This document shows positions 13,331 through 28,574 of a DNA stretch of 64,000 nucleotides, one piece after another; within the stretch, counting starts at the first letter, position 1; every line of letters starts with the position of its first letter. The position numbers and the translations under genes are program-made. Under the pieces are notes generated by a model that worked only from the letters and a program-made list of their open reading frames with translations, searched no databases and was not told where the DNA came from. Origin of the DNA: Octopus vulgaris (taxonomy: Eukaryota); the NCBI GenBank assembly GCA_951406725.2, contig OX597817.1:83514001-83578000 (forward strand). The letters run 5' to 3'.

Positions 13331-14810
13331 GGCAACAACAACCTGAAATTCGTCATCGAATTTAAGGTTGCCATTGTATCAGCTTCATTACTTTGTAATC
13401 TATCTCAGTTATGTCTTTCAATTTCGTCACCATCAGCTTGACTGTCGTCACTATAGGATGAAGCGAAATTTTCTTTTTTATGAACTATGATATCGGTGAT
13501 TACTTGTTAATGAATGAAAAAGTTGAAAGTTATGTATAATAAAATTTCTCGTACCTTACATTCCTGTAAGAATACTTACATTTAATTCATTTGCAGTACA
13601 ACTACATATGTATACATAACAAGAAAGAGATAAATATAACAAGAGTGTAAACTTTTGTTCAATTCTTCTATTTCTTAACTCCCTTAACATATTCCTAAAA
13701 AAATCCAGTACAATCAACTTCGGAAATCAAAGTTAGACCAATGACGATACGTACAGTGTCAACCCATATCGATTTTCGTAAATACGTGTAACATCTAGAG
13801 AGAAGTTTTGTTAGAGCAAATGACATAGATATCACAGAGTAACCAAAGATTACAGTAATCGACTCACAATTATCAGGGTTCTGATCTGTGTTATCAATAT
13901 ATGTAAGACTAAAAGGCAGATTCTTTTCATGCAAATTGCTAGTAAATATTGTCTAGACAAAACAGAACTAAATGATGTTACGGAACATAAATCTGATAAA
14001 TTAAACATTTGTTCCTCTAAACAGCATACATGCTAAATATTAATAACCAAAATACAATAAAATAAACTCTATGTTAATTTTATGTTACTTTTTAGAATGA
14101 TATATGAATGAGCTATCAATTTTACAGTTTATCAGTAGTGAATGTGGTATGTTATAGCTTTATATCATTGCTTACAATCTAGAATACACCTCTTGAATTG
14201 CATTAAAATATACTTATTATTAATTATAATTTTTGTAAACCAATTTACATTAGCCAATACAAGACCAGATATGCACGAATAGGTTGCTTGTCAAAAGGAT
14301 TATAGTAAAAGTTGAAATAACCGAAAAGAACCCATTAATTAGTCATCAATGAATAAATCGAGAATAATTACAAACAAAATATTATATAGCTTATGAATGG
14401 CACGAATCAACGAAATCTGGTCATTCTGCGTGGTTTCACTCACACAGGTTCCCGGAATAAAAAAAACATAGTTAAGTAATCACACACTTCGTAGTGCACA
14501 AGAGTCACAGCGCTACCCACAATAGCAATACTCTGAAAACAAGGAGGGCATATTTCACTTCTTGTATGGAATCAGAAAACTGCAACAATACAAATCTAAT
14601 CAATCATTTGGGACAAACTATGATAGGAGACAAATTCGATTAAAAGTTATATCTTGGTTGAAATAAGCACGCAATTTTAAGCATTATATAATTAAATCAT
14701 ACACGACAACAGGATTAAGAATTATCAGATATGGAAAATCGATAGCACCTATATTGAAAAGCAAGAAGGAGAAAGGATTAAGAACCGCAAGAAAAAAACC
14801 AAATTTATCA

Positions 14811-14888
<78 letters not shown>

Positions 14889-14904
14889 GGATGGATGGAT
14901 AGAC

Positions 14905-14936
<32 letters not shown>

Positions 14937-15130
14937 GGACAGACTGACAGATAGATAGATAGATAGATAGATAGATAGGTAGATAGATAGGTAGGTATAG
15001 GTAGGTAGGTAGGTAGGTAGGTAGGTAGGTAGGTAGGTAGGTAGGTAGAAGATACATAGTAGATAGATAGATAGACAGACACAGAGAGAAAGAGAGAGAT
15101 TGTATGTGTGGTGTGTGTGTGTGTGTGTGC
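14811..15130. repeat. (AGAT)n/(GGAT)n/(AGAC)n/(AGGT)n tetranucleotide array
   Basis: Direct reading. Confidence 0.97.
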
Positions 15131-15712
15131 GTGTGGCGAGATTAAAGAATATTTAAAAATGAAATGTAGAGATGGATGACCATATTTAATGATTGAATTG
15201 TAGGTCTCTCCCCAAATTCTCACTTGCGAAGAGAAATCCATAGATTATAAAACATGCAAAGGCAATTGCATCCATTTCTTCACTAAATTATTACTAATCT
15301 AATCAACGTAATCCAATTTTTAGTTGGTTTGGAGTTAACATGGATAACAGAGCATACAGAAATAAAAGAAAGCGTAATAAAAGGAAATTAAATATTACAA
15401 AAATAAAGAACTGGAAAAGAAAATGATAATACTTTGGAAATTCAAATAATACCGACGCTACTTGCGAAAGTAGAAAACAAAATGTTGATAGAATTAACAG
15501 AAAACAAGTAATTTATGAAAGGAAGAAAGGTATCTTGAGAAGGTATTTTAGATAAGAGCAAGTATATAACATACACTAGATGGGCATTAAAACAAGACAA
15601 TCAACAATCTTCCGTCATTACTATTGCTTATCTAGTTATATACCTTCAGTTTTATCCGCCAGAAACATAAATCTGACATCGGCATACACTAGTTAGAAAC
15701 TGTTATCCATGA

Positions 15713-16314
15713 GAAGGCGGCGAGCTGGCAGAAACGTTCGCACGCCGAGCGAAATGCTTAGTGGTATTTCGTCTGCTGCTACGTTCTGAGTTTAAATTCC
15801 GCCGAGGTTGACTTTGCCTTTCATCCTTTTGGGGTCGATTAAATAAGTACCAGTTATGCACTGGGGTAGATATAATTTACTTAATCCGTTTGTCTGTCCT
15901 TGTTTGTCCTCTCTGTGTGTAGCCCCTTGTGGGTAGTAAAGAAATAGGTATTTCGTCCGCCGCTGCGTTCTGAGTTCAAATTTCGCCGAGGTCGACTTTG
16001 CCTTTCAACCTTTCAGGGTCGATAAATTAAGAACCATTTACACACTGGGGTCGATGTAATCTACTTAATCCCTTTGTCTGTCCTTGTTTGTCCTCTCTGT
16101 GTGTAGCCCCTTGTGGGTAGTAAAGAAATAGGTATTTTGTCCGCCGCTGCGTTCTGAGTTCAAATTTCGCCGAGGCCGACTTTGCCTTTCAACCTTTCGG
16201 GGTCGATAAATTAAGTACCAGTTACGCACTGGGGTCGATATATTCGGCTTAATCCGTTTGTCTCTCCTTGTTTATCCTCTCTGTGTGTAGCCCCTTGTGG
16301 GCAATAAAGAAATA
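15713..16314 (+). mobile_element. tRNA-derived SINE family B (Nin/Deu-like core): one head plus three 184-bp units, with 18-bp TSD
   Basis: Units start at ggtattt at 15763, 15947 and 16131. B-box gagttcaaatt and core gactttgcctttca.ccttt.ggggtcgataaa. TSD agaaactgttatccatga at 15695-15712 and 16315-16332. Confidence 0.9.
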
Positions 16315-17439
16315 AGAAACTGTTATCCATGAATATTGTCATAGTTCAAGAGCAGATACACTTTAGTAAATAAAAGGACATTTGCAATAAGACTGCCAGA
16401 GTTAACAAAAAACCCACATAAAGGACCATTTATAAATGCAGTTTACATGTGCAGCAAAACTGAGTGGCTGTATTTTGCATAAAAGTAAAAAGAAAAATGC
16501 AGAGAAAATACTTCAGCTTCAGAGAATACAAGAGTGTTTATTATATACATACTGGTAAGTGAGGACTGAATACAAAATTATTCATTTGTAACTGATTGAT
16601 TCAAGACTCAAATCTTTAAAACAAACTAGAAAAGTTAACCGCAGCACGAATCCAGTATTTCAATACATTTCAGAAAATAGAACTGAAATTTTCATGAAAT
16701 TTTAAATATATCATGTATCAAGACATTCTAATATGCCTGCTTCTAGGTAGCAATTGTTACCCATAATAACATAACATTTAGATGCGTACATGGAAATATT
16801 TGGAAGTACTGTTTGATCGCTAGCTTTTGTAATTGGTATGAACATAGTATATGTGTGGGCGGTGTGTGTGTATGTGAGTATACAGGTATGTATATGTACT
16901 AAACAATTTACATGATATATCTTGTAACTATTGTCATGTATAGTAAAATTGAATTACGTATGATATTTCTGCATTGTTACAAGCGCAATGATAGAAGGTG
17001 TTTGTTTGCATACAAATGTCTTGGCTACATATTTTCCAATGATTTTCAAAATCTCAGGTGTGTCAGGCGCATGACTAAAATAAATGAGGAAAAGAAATCT
17101 TATATTCTTAAAATTTCTTAAAGAGCTTTGACTCTGACAATATTTCGAAAGAATATATCAATATAAAAAGAAAGTATATGACATTCAATGTTAGAATTAA
17201 GAATGACAGCGAATAAGGTTTCATTTGACAAATCACGAAAATTCTTGAGATATATATGTAATTGTTGACAAAGATAAATAGTAAAATGATTTTTGTGCTA
17301 GCATTCACGATATATTCCTAAATAATTCATATAGAGCAGTATAACTATCTGTACACAAGAAATCGTTTAATGTTAGCATGTCTGCACAATCTGCATATAC
17401 ATGCATGTATACATCTCTCTCACCTTCCCTCTCTCTCAC

Positions 17440-19235
<1,796 letters not shown>

Positions 19236-19245
19236 AATATACACT

Positions 19246-19940
19246 TGTGATGAGAGTCACGACTCCCCCTTGCGAGAAATAGACTGGACCGAGCGATTAT
19301 AGATAATAGCGGTCAGAGTGAAGCTTGTATGCTAGTTCGAGCTGGATACTCAGTGAAGTCGGAAAGTTTTGGTAGGTTAGTTCGTTTGGAATACTGATCG
19401 TTGGTTCGTGAGTGAATTGATAGATCATTACGTTGTTGTTACAGCTGTATCATTATCTTGTTTACTGTTACTACACTGGTATACTGTATCAGAACTATTC
19501 GTCACAATATCGTAGCGGTACCACGACATTTGGAGATGGAGGATACAACATTCTTGTGACGAGGTTTTTGAAGCTCACGTAGGTTATTTAACAATTTGTT
19601 CGTGATACAACTTGTTTAATGATGGAAGACTTATTAGCTTCTATAATACAGTTGAAAACGCAACAACAAGAACAACAGGAGTTGCAGAAGCAACTAGTAC
19701 AGCAATAACTACAGCAAGAACAATTATTGGAGCTATACGCAAAGACGTTCAAAAATGCAGTAAGTTCGTTTTCGCCAGACGGCGTATCGAATTCCATAAC
19801 AGCATTCAGTTATAACCCAGAGGAAGGTATAACTTTTGCAGCGTACTACAGAAGGTACGAGGAGACTGTTAAGGAAGATTGCCGAGCATGGTCGGACGAA
19901 GAAAAAGTAAGGTTATTATTACGTAAATTAGCTCCAGTAC
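19246..19940 (+). mobile_element. Gypsy LTR retrotransposon relic: 5' LTR (19246-19550), PBS-like site and start of gag
   Basis: TG...ACA LTR followed by ttcttgtgacgagg. gag peptide SFSPDGVSNSITAFSYNPEEGITFAAYYRRYEE..DC..WSDEEKVRLLLRKL. Homologous to 41505-44493 (-). Confidence 0.85.
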
Positions 19941-20066
19941 GTCTATTTACTATTATTATAATGACCCTCTTAAGACATAAGATGTGTTTCAATAGGAATT
20001 CATATCAAGAACCTTGTAAACCAAATACAAAACTGATATACACACACTCATGCATACACACAACAC

Positions 20067-20102
<36 letters not shown>

Positions 20103-20103
<1 letters not shown>

Positions 20104-20503
20104 GTGGCTGTGTGGCGAGAAGCTTGCTTCCTAATCACATGGCACCTTGGACAAGTGTCTTCTACTATTGCCTCGGGCCGATTAAAGCCTTGTAAGTGGA
20201 TTTGGTAGACAAAAACTGAAAGGAGCCCGTCGTATGTGTATGGGTGTGCGTACACGTGTGTCTCTGTGTGTGTATATATATATATATGGGTGTGTGTGTT
20301 TGTGCCCTCCCCACCATCACTTAACAACAGATGGTGTATTTATGTTCCTGTAACCTAGCGGCTCGCCGAAAGTGTCCGATAGAATAAGTACTAGGCTCAT
20401 AAAGAATAAGTCTTGGGGTCGATTTGTTCGACTAAGACCTCTTAAGGTGGTACTTCAGTATGCTGCAGTCAAATATCTAAAACATGTAAAAGAATAAAAG
20501 AAT
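20103..20503 (+). mobile_element. tRNA-derived SINE family A, near full length
   Basis: Head gtggctgtgtgg..agaagcttgcttcc, core ggcaccttggacaagtgtcttctac, internal microsatellite, tail catgtaaaagaataaaagaat. Confidence 0.85.
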
Positions 20504-23500
20504 ATATATATATACATACACACGTATACACATATATACAGACAGAGAGACAGACAGATATGAGTGTGTAGAAACATCTTCAGAAAGAGGCTTATAATCT
20601 TCTGTTTTTGTCTCAGCCTCGAGAACTCCAGTTTTATTCATTGCTTTGAAAGTGAATTTTAAAATCTTTAGTCTGAACCTAATTCCGAGTTACACTTTTT
20701 ATGTCGATTATGTTTATGCTATCATTTATACTTTGAAAAATCAATAAGGCATTATAATTTGACTACCCCAAGTGTACTCTTACATATACTATAATTAAGA
20801 GAGGCTATGTAAATATTGTAAAATCATTTTCGACAACAACAATGTTGGTTGTAATGTTTTAGATTGTAATTAAAATTAAGGTACATCCTGAACCCTTCTG
20901 ATGAAAGAAATTTGAAACGAAATCTAATCAATTTTAGCGTTAATTCAAATAAGTGCTATTTTGAATTTTTTGATCTCTCGATTCTAACAAATAATCATTG
21001 TTATTACTGGGTCTTCTTTTCTAATTGCTTGTATAAATTGCATCACAAAAGATATTGTTTTCCTGGTAAATGAGCCTCAAAATATTTCGTATAATCACAC
21101 TTATTGTGTTTGTAAATTTTGCCAGTCTATACGCGTAACACAATGTAATTGCAGAATTTCCTTGAACATAATCAAGAAAATAAATACATCTCTTGAAACA
21201 GAGAAAACAGAGATAAAATATATTTATCTGACTTTCTCTGTCATTTAATTGACTTACTAAGCATTTTCAAACGTTTTATTGAACAGTAATTTATGTAAGT
21301 GTAGATGGTAGTATTCTACTTGGATATTGTTATATCCTGTATTTTTTAGTTTATGGTTCCACAGAAAAGCATAAAACTTACCATTTTGTGTCCTTCGCGA
21401 AATATTTCAATAAACAAACTGTTACTGTCAAGTTAAATCCTGTTCTGTTATTGATATTTTTGTGTGGGCAATTTATTTTATTTTAATTTGCGTTGGAATT
21501 GTCTCTGATACCCTGTAACTAAATCGGTAGCCTATGAGAATAAAAGAAGCTAAATGGTATTTACAAACTTGAGAACTTTGAATGTATCAGGATACCAAAA
21601 AATAATGTTGCATATCATGTAATGAATTCAGATCAGCGTACAACATACAGTATATAGATATATTCACTTAGAACATAATCACCAGCGTTAGCAATATTTT
21701 CCATCTCAAAATCAGTTTTCTTTTTCCCTTTTCCTCGAGCAAAAACAGAAAAGGCCAGAGAAGAGAGAAACATGTTTGGGGTCTCGTTTGACATCGTCTC
21801 TGCTTCTGAATATTTTCCACTTGTAAAGTGCTCAAGTGACCATAAAAACTAAAAATCGGAGGTGCCTAAGTCTGATGATTAGGAAGGGTGTGGCAGAGTT
21901 TCTCAACATAACGAATTTATCTTTTCTTGAGTTACCTTTGTGAATGTGACCTTGAAATATCATGAATTTGTATTTTGTTTTGAGCAAAACAAAACTTGAT
22001 TGATACGTTCAAGGTCTTGACACTAAAGTTTTACGGCGATGCTTTTCCCTTGCTCTATTGTAACAAGCTCACATCGTCAGGCTATACGGTGCATTTGTAT
22101 TCCCTAGCGTTTCCATTGTTACCCTTACAAATTTCATAAAGCACGTAATGTCATATATGCAGCTAACTAAATATTTGTCTTCTATGAGCCATCTAGTAGC
22201 GCATATACACACACGTAGCCCGTTCACATGGACGGTTGGTCATTAATTCTACGCTGATTGGTCGATTGCAAGGACACCTTTTATTGGCTTGTAATCTATT
22301 TGTGGTATAGTATTTGACTGCTTGAAAATATATTGCTTTTTGGGTATTCACAACTAAGACCATTCATATTAATCAAGTTCATTAAAGTATCGAGAAATTA
22401 ATTAACTTTGGATTTTTACTGAAATTGTGCGCCTCATAACTTTAATCTCTGCATGTGTGGCGAACGCGTTGTTAAGCAATTCATCATGTTCTTGGAAGAC
22501 ACAATACTGTGGCCAGTTTCGACTACATTAAATTCCAAATAAATCGATAAAATAACGATCTTCTATAGACATAGCATCTTCGATTTAAATTCAAAATAAA
22601 TATCCCAGCAAATCAATCATGGATTCGTTTAATGGTGCTCTGTTACCCTTGCTGTAAAGAAAATATCGGTTTGAATCGCCGATGGAAATGAATGGATGTT
22701 CAGTTAAATTTTTTATGTAACGAAAATGAAATATTTACAAACCACTCTGGAGTGCTTCTTTATCAGAATTACTAAACAAACGATTTTATAGAATAGATAA
22801 TTGTAGATATAAGCAATTTAAAAGGATTAAATTTATTTTAATGCCTTCTCAGGCTCCATTTTCTTGTTATGCATCAGAAACCCGATAGGTTATCGACGTA
22901 AACTTTTATTTTAAGCCTGAGATTATTTGGCACACAATTCACTTAAAATAAACGAATGAATCAATGCAGCTTAGTGGAAGGATTTTTACATAATGCATAG
23001 TGAAGTATTCGGAACACCTAGCACGATGTTTCATCTTTTATCATATACTACTTTGTTGCTGATTATACTTTCAAATCTAAGAAACTTTTACTTAGGAAAA
23101 CAACAGGGATTGCAAGGAAGCAAAGTTTTAACGCATTCAGGAAGAACATCCAACATTATTTATTGGAACCGCTTCGCTAAAGATGACAGTACTGCTTAGC
23201 TGCCGATACACTTGGAAAATACGGTTGATTTTCCATCAGTAAAATGCTTGCTTCTGCATAAAATAAACCAATATGAATGGTTTTAAAATTCAAAAGCCTG
23301 TAAGAATACTTCGAAATAAGTGTTTCTGGGTACCAAACTATTTGTTTATAGTCGTCATACAATGGTTGCCATAAAGTTTAACTGAACATTGAACATGAAG
23401 GAGAAGATCTATGATCAAAGGCTTACCATTCTTGACCATCTGGTCTTTTTATATGTCGAAGGCATCCGTTGTAAGAAAGATAAGGTACTATCTGAGGAAG

Positions 23501-23956
23501 ATTAGGTTACTATTTCTTGTAGGCTAACCAACCCCGTTGAAGCTTCCTTCAATGGGGATTGTTGATGGAAAAGGTGAGTAAATACATTATATTTGCGAGT
23601 TATACAGCCATGTAATTATCTACGTTACAAACTTATATAACATTTTATAGTTTTGGTTATTTACCAACCTAAATGGCTTCCGCACATGAATCTCAAGGAC
23701 TAACAATGCAACTGGCATTGGGATTCTCTAAAGGAAATTTCAATTATATAGCAGGCAGTTATTTGAATAGGGTATAAATATATTGTGAATCGGTAGAGCT
23801 TCATTCAAACCGTTTTGCGATACAACTCTTCAAACACTGATTTTAAATGGCGCCAATGACAAGTTTGCTATTCACCCATTAACTATATCCTTCCTCTCAT
23901 CAATTTAGGCGTCTTGAGGCTTTCATAAGTTTGATTTCTATTAAATGTACTAACAC

Positions 23957-23967
23957 CACTGCTGCTG

Positions 23968-24064
<97 letters not shown>

Positions 24065-24086
24065 TGCTGCTCCTTGTGCTACTACT
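23957..24086. repeat. (CTA)n/(CTG)n microsatellite
   Basis: Direct reading. Confidence 0.97.
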
Positions 24087-24330
24087 TAAACAGTTTAATT
24101 TTTTATTGCATGCATTCAATGTACATCTGAATGGAAATCTATGGGGTTTGTATTTCTGCAGTGGTTCAAATTTTGAGTTTTGTATCACATTAAAAGTATT
24201 CTATTCAATATGTATGCATTGGATTAATTTTCCGAATGTCGTGCATATTTGTAAGGTGTATATGTGTGAGTGAGTGAGTGACTGACTGACTGACTAACTG
24301 ACTGAGTGAGTGTGTGTGTGTGTGTTTGAG

Positions 24331-24361
<31 letters not shown>

Positions 24362-24979
24362 GTTGATCGATACATATACATGCAAACATACGTACACCAC
24401 ACACACAAACACTAGCACATACACACACATATGCGTGACGTACGCATGTATGTATATATGTAAGCATACGCATGCAGTGTTCTTCCATAATGTTTCTGCT
24501 GAACAAATATCGCTGAAATTTCAATGAAGTTAAAGCAATACTAGGAGACACTTGCCCAAGTGCTGCGCAGTAAAACAGAAAAACCAAGAGCTATATGACT
24601 GCAAAGCAATTTTTTTATAGAGATCCTGGGCTGTGAGTTAAAAATAATGAATACTCTCATACTCTGAAATATAGAGGCAAATTTATCGTAAGTTCATAAA
24701 TATATTATAATTATTAAACGGGAGAGCTACTCGTAATTTCGAATGCAAACACGGATCTCGAACCTCATAAGGTTTAGAGATCTGTTCAAGACTAAAACAT
24801 GCAATCAACCGTTAAGGTTGCCCAGAAGTTATCTCTCACACATCCGGAACATACATGCAGAAATGTGCAGCTGAATTATTTTTGTGCTTGCAGCTTTAAT
24901 AATGATAATAAAAATGATAATAAAAATTTTGGCCGCGTGCCAACGGTTCTACCAGCTCGTCGCCTATAATAATAATAAA

Positions 24980-25610
24980 GATTTCTAATTTAGTCAGAAG
25001 GCCAACAATTGTTGAAGAGATGGGATTCATCGTTCCATTGACCCAATGAATTGATAGTACTTTATTCTATCATCTTCGAAAGGATGAAAGTCAAAGTTGA
25101 GACTAGTGAGATTTGAACTCAGAGCGAAAAGAATCAGAGCGAATGCCTGAAGGCATTTTTCCGACGTTTTAACAATTCTGGTATTTCGGTACCTTTATTG
25201 ATTTCTGGTTTATGCACAAAGAAAGAGGATTTTTTTGTGGCGGGGATGTAAGTCGATACCACAGATTCCAGTACTTCACTGGTAATTTATATTATCAACC
25301 AAGGAACGATTAATGACATTTGACCTCAGAACTCAACGAACCAGAAGAAAGACTGCAAAGGACTTTTTCGGATACCCGAACAGGTCTCCGCCTTCAATAA
25401 TAACGGTTTGTGACTTAGAAACAAAGCCATCAATATTGAGGGAAGGAAGTTAATCGATTATATCGACTCCTTTTCTCGACTAAATCCTATATTTTATTGA
25501 CTTCGAAAGGATGAAAGTACAGTTGACCTCGGTGAGATTTGAACACAGAATTTAAGGATACCGCAGGGCATGTATTTCTGATACTGAAATGATTCTGCCA
25601 ATCTCCCACT
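24980..25610 (-). mobile_element. Three old, diverged SINE family B-like copies in tandem
   Basis: cttcgaaaggatgaaagt..agttga..t.gtgagatttgaac at ~25075 and ~25501, with a more decayed copy at ~25300; reverse complement of the family B core. Confidence 0.6.
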
Positions 25611-25711
25611 TCTGTGTCTATATATAACATTAGTAAATGCCAATAAATGTTAAACTATTTTATATTGCAACAAACACCAAATATTTATGATTATTATTAG
25701 ATTTTTTTACA

Positions 25712-25931
25712 GTAAGGTGGCAAGCTGGCAAAATCGTTAACACACTGGGCTAAATGCTTAGCGGCATTTCGCCCGTACTTACGTTCTGAGTTCAAATTCG
25801 ACCGAGGTTGACTTTGCCTTTCATTCTTTCGGAGTCGGTAAATTAAGTACCAATGGAGTACTGGAGTCGATGTAATTAAATTGTCCCTTCCCCACAAATT
25901 TCGGACCCTGTGCCTTTAGTAGAAAGGATTA
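25712..25931 (+). mobile_element. tRNA-derived SINE family B variant with a different 3' tail
   Basis: aaggtggcaagctggcaaaatcgttaac..gagttcaaattcgaccgaggttgactttgcctttcattctttcggagtcggtaaattaagtacc. Confidence 0.85.
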
Positions 25932-26160
25932 ATGCCTTTAGAAGTCTGTGTATTCTTTAGTCACTTGCAAAAGACGTATTTCGACTCACTGAATTTTAAA
26001 ATTTTATGCTTGTAATTACTCATTAATTAGTAATACAATATAGCAAACGTTTGAAGAGATAACAGTAAAATAAGTTGTATTTGTATCTATTATTTGAATA
26101 TATTTTTAATGCAGTATTATTGTTTCGTTGGTTTTTGCTTTTGGTTTGTTTTTTTTCAAA

Positions 26161-26183
26161 CTTTATTATTCTCTCTTTTCAGG
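26161..26183 (+). promoter_or_regulatory. Probable 3' splice acceptor opening the GPCR coding exon
   Basis: Polypyrimidine tract ctttattattctctcttttcAG|G, with the exon starting 169 nt upstream of the ATG. Confidence 0.6.
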
Positions 26184-26351
26184 ATGTATGGATTTTAAAG
26201 AAAAAGGACACAACTGAATTTGGGACGACGGCAAGAGAAACTATAAATAAAATGATATAGTCATCGCAGTACGTAAGAATTTCCTTGCTGAAAGTCAAGC
26301 TATCAGAGCTCGAAAAGCATAAATCGAAAAGTAATACCATTTGGGCCCAAA

Positions 26352-27768
26352 ATGGAGGTTTTTATGGAGAACACTAATCATTCAAATGTTGTTGTTGGTT
26401 CGAATCTAAAGTATGTTTTTGGATTGAATGTCAGCGTAGTGAATGGATCAAGTACTGTATTCCCTGCACCTTTGCCGGCTCAGTTCGATGAAATAAAATT
26501 GGTTGAATTTTACCTGACAGGTGTTGCATCAATTGTGATTATATCACTGGGTCTCATTGGAAATATTTTAACAATTGCTGTACTTACAAAACGAACGATG
26601 CAGTCATCAACAAACTGCTACCTAAAAGCTCTGGCAATGTGGGACAGTGTTGTTTTAATAATTACGTTCTTTCTGATTGGAATTCCATCTGTATCGGAAC
26701 CTTACAGAGAAAATATCTTACCCTATGTTATTGTCTACGCTTATCCCGCTGGCTTAGTTGGCCAAACAGCAACCATCTGGTTAACTGTTTCGTTCACTGT
26801 TGAGCGCTATATAGCTGTATGTCATCCGCTCAGAGCTGCTAGCATGTGTACTATGGCAAGAGCTCGTATGGTCATACTGTCTGTATCTGTTTTTTCCTTT
26901 GTCTACAATGCGTCACGTTGGTTTGAATATGAAATAGAATACCGACTTAATCCTACAGACCATACGATTCTTGTGAAAGAAAAGACCACTGATATGGGTG
27001 AAAGTAAAATATACCGTAAAGTCTATTTCTTGTGTCTCTATCTACCAATTATGTGCTTTATTCCGTTGACATCTTTAGCCGTCATTAATATATTCCTCAT
27101 TCTTGCCGTGAAAAGGTCACAACGTCAGCGTCGTGATATGAACGTACGCCAATCAAGAGAAAATAACGTCACATTAATGCTTGTATCAGTTGTTATAGTT
27201 TTCATGATCTGCCAAGTTCCTGCGCTCATATACAATACAGCTTATGCTATTGATAGCAAAATGGTGTCTACTACATCAGGATGGATAATTTTATCTTTAA
27301 TAAGAAACTATTTGGTTACGCTAAACAGCGCTATTAACTTTCTGTTATACTGTGCTTTCGGACAGAAATTTCGGCGCATATTTATCCGAACGTTCTGCCG
27401 ATGCTTGATTCCGGAAGAGGATTTTAGTTCACTTACTTACCAAGGAACAGTTATCAACCCACATACGACAGCGAGAAGATACAGCAAAACACAAAAGTTG
27501 CATGCAACTACAACTGACGTTATAGACATGACATCATCAACCACAGCAACGCATGCAAGTATACTCTCGCGATACTCTTCTCATTCTTCGTTCGACGCTA
27601 ACTCCCTCTATCGAAAAAATACGATCAACAAATACGAAAACCTCACGAAAAATAAAACGGATGCTTGTGATGATTTGTTCTGTGAAAAAATAGGCATTGA
27701 TGAGAATGAAATTTTAAATAACGAAAAATCCAAAAATGAAAATCTCGAAAGAGTTAATTCGGAGAGTT

Positions 27769-27770
<2 letters not shown>
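26352..27770 (+). CDS. Class A (rhodopsin-like) neuropeptide GPCR, FMRFamide/sex-peptide-receptor-like, intronless CDS
   Basis: 472-aa open ORF with 7 hydrophobic segments. Motifs: TM1 GLIGN, TM2 LAMWD, TM3 [12 protein letters not shown]5 FIP, TM6 FMICQVP and TM7 NSAINFLLY (the NFxxY variant typical of this receptor group). N-terminal sequons NHS, NVS and NGS; Ser/Thr-rich C-tail. The exact ligand cannot be assigned. Confidence 0.93.
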
Positions 27771-27840
<70 letters not shown>

Positions 27841-28334
27841 TACACATAAACACATATACATATACATCAATACATACACACACACACATCTATATACATA
27901 TATACGTATATATATACATATACATATGGACCCACATATATATATAATGTATATGTGATTTTTTCTCCTTCCCTTTCATCTCTCATGTAATTTATTTTTC
28001 TTGTCATGTATATTTTTGTGGAATCTTAACCAAGTAAGATTTTTCTTCATGATATAATTAAGAATGACGTTAAAAAGATAATTAATTGTGAATTATATGT
28101 TAAATTAAAACTTTTCATCAAATTTTGTGTTCTCATTATTGACTTTCTCGTTTATTTTGTTCGGTAAAATTGGAAGATGAAAACGAAAAGACAGCAAACT
28201 AAGAATGCATGTTAATACATATACTCATATCATACATGCCCACGCGAGCACAGACACACAAACGATATATACATATTTCGTTTTGGGATTTGGTTTGCAA
28301 GATTCTTTATATGAGTTCGTGTGTTGAAGCATAT

Positions 28335-28556
28335 TCTGTTGTGTCTGGGGAGAATCATTTTCTTTTTGTGCTTTATAATATAACACACTCACCGGTAAAA
28401 TTTCCACTTATTTCTTATTTTTATTTTCCTAAAATTTTCGTTGCGTGTTGCATCCTTTTCAATAGTTTTGACTCTGGAAATAAGTAGAAATTTTACCGGT
28501 GAGTGTGTTATATTATAAGGCACAAAAAGAAAATGATTCTCCCTAGACACAACAGA
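28335..28556. repeat. Inverted repeat with 80-bp arms (77/80 identical) and a 62-bp loop; probable Penelope pLTR fold-back
   Basis: Arms 28335-28414 and 28477-28556; the loop carries a hammerhead-like motif on the minus strand. Confidence 0.9.
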
Positions 28557-28574
28557 TATATACATACATATATA

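Noticed and set aside
15713-16314. Regular repeats as a CRISPR array (also 47705-48090)
   Set aside because: Units are contiguous with no unique spacers, there are no cas genes, and the context is eukaryotic
22180-22300. Promoter suggested by ATTGG boxes
   Set aside because: Short motifs expected by chance; no supporting exon or initiator evidence
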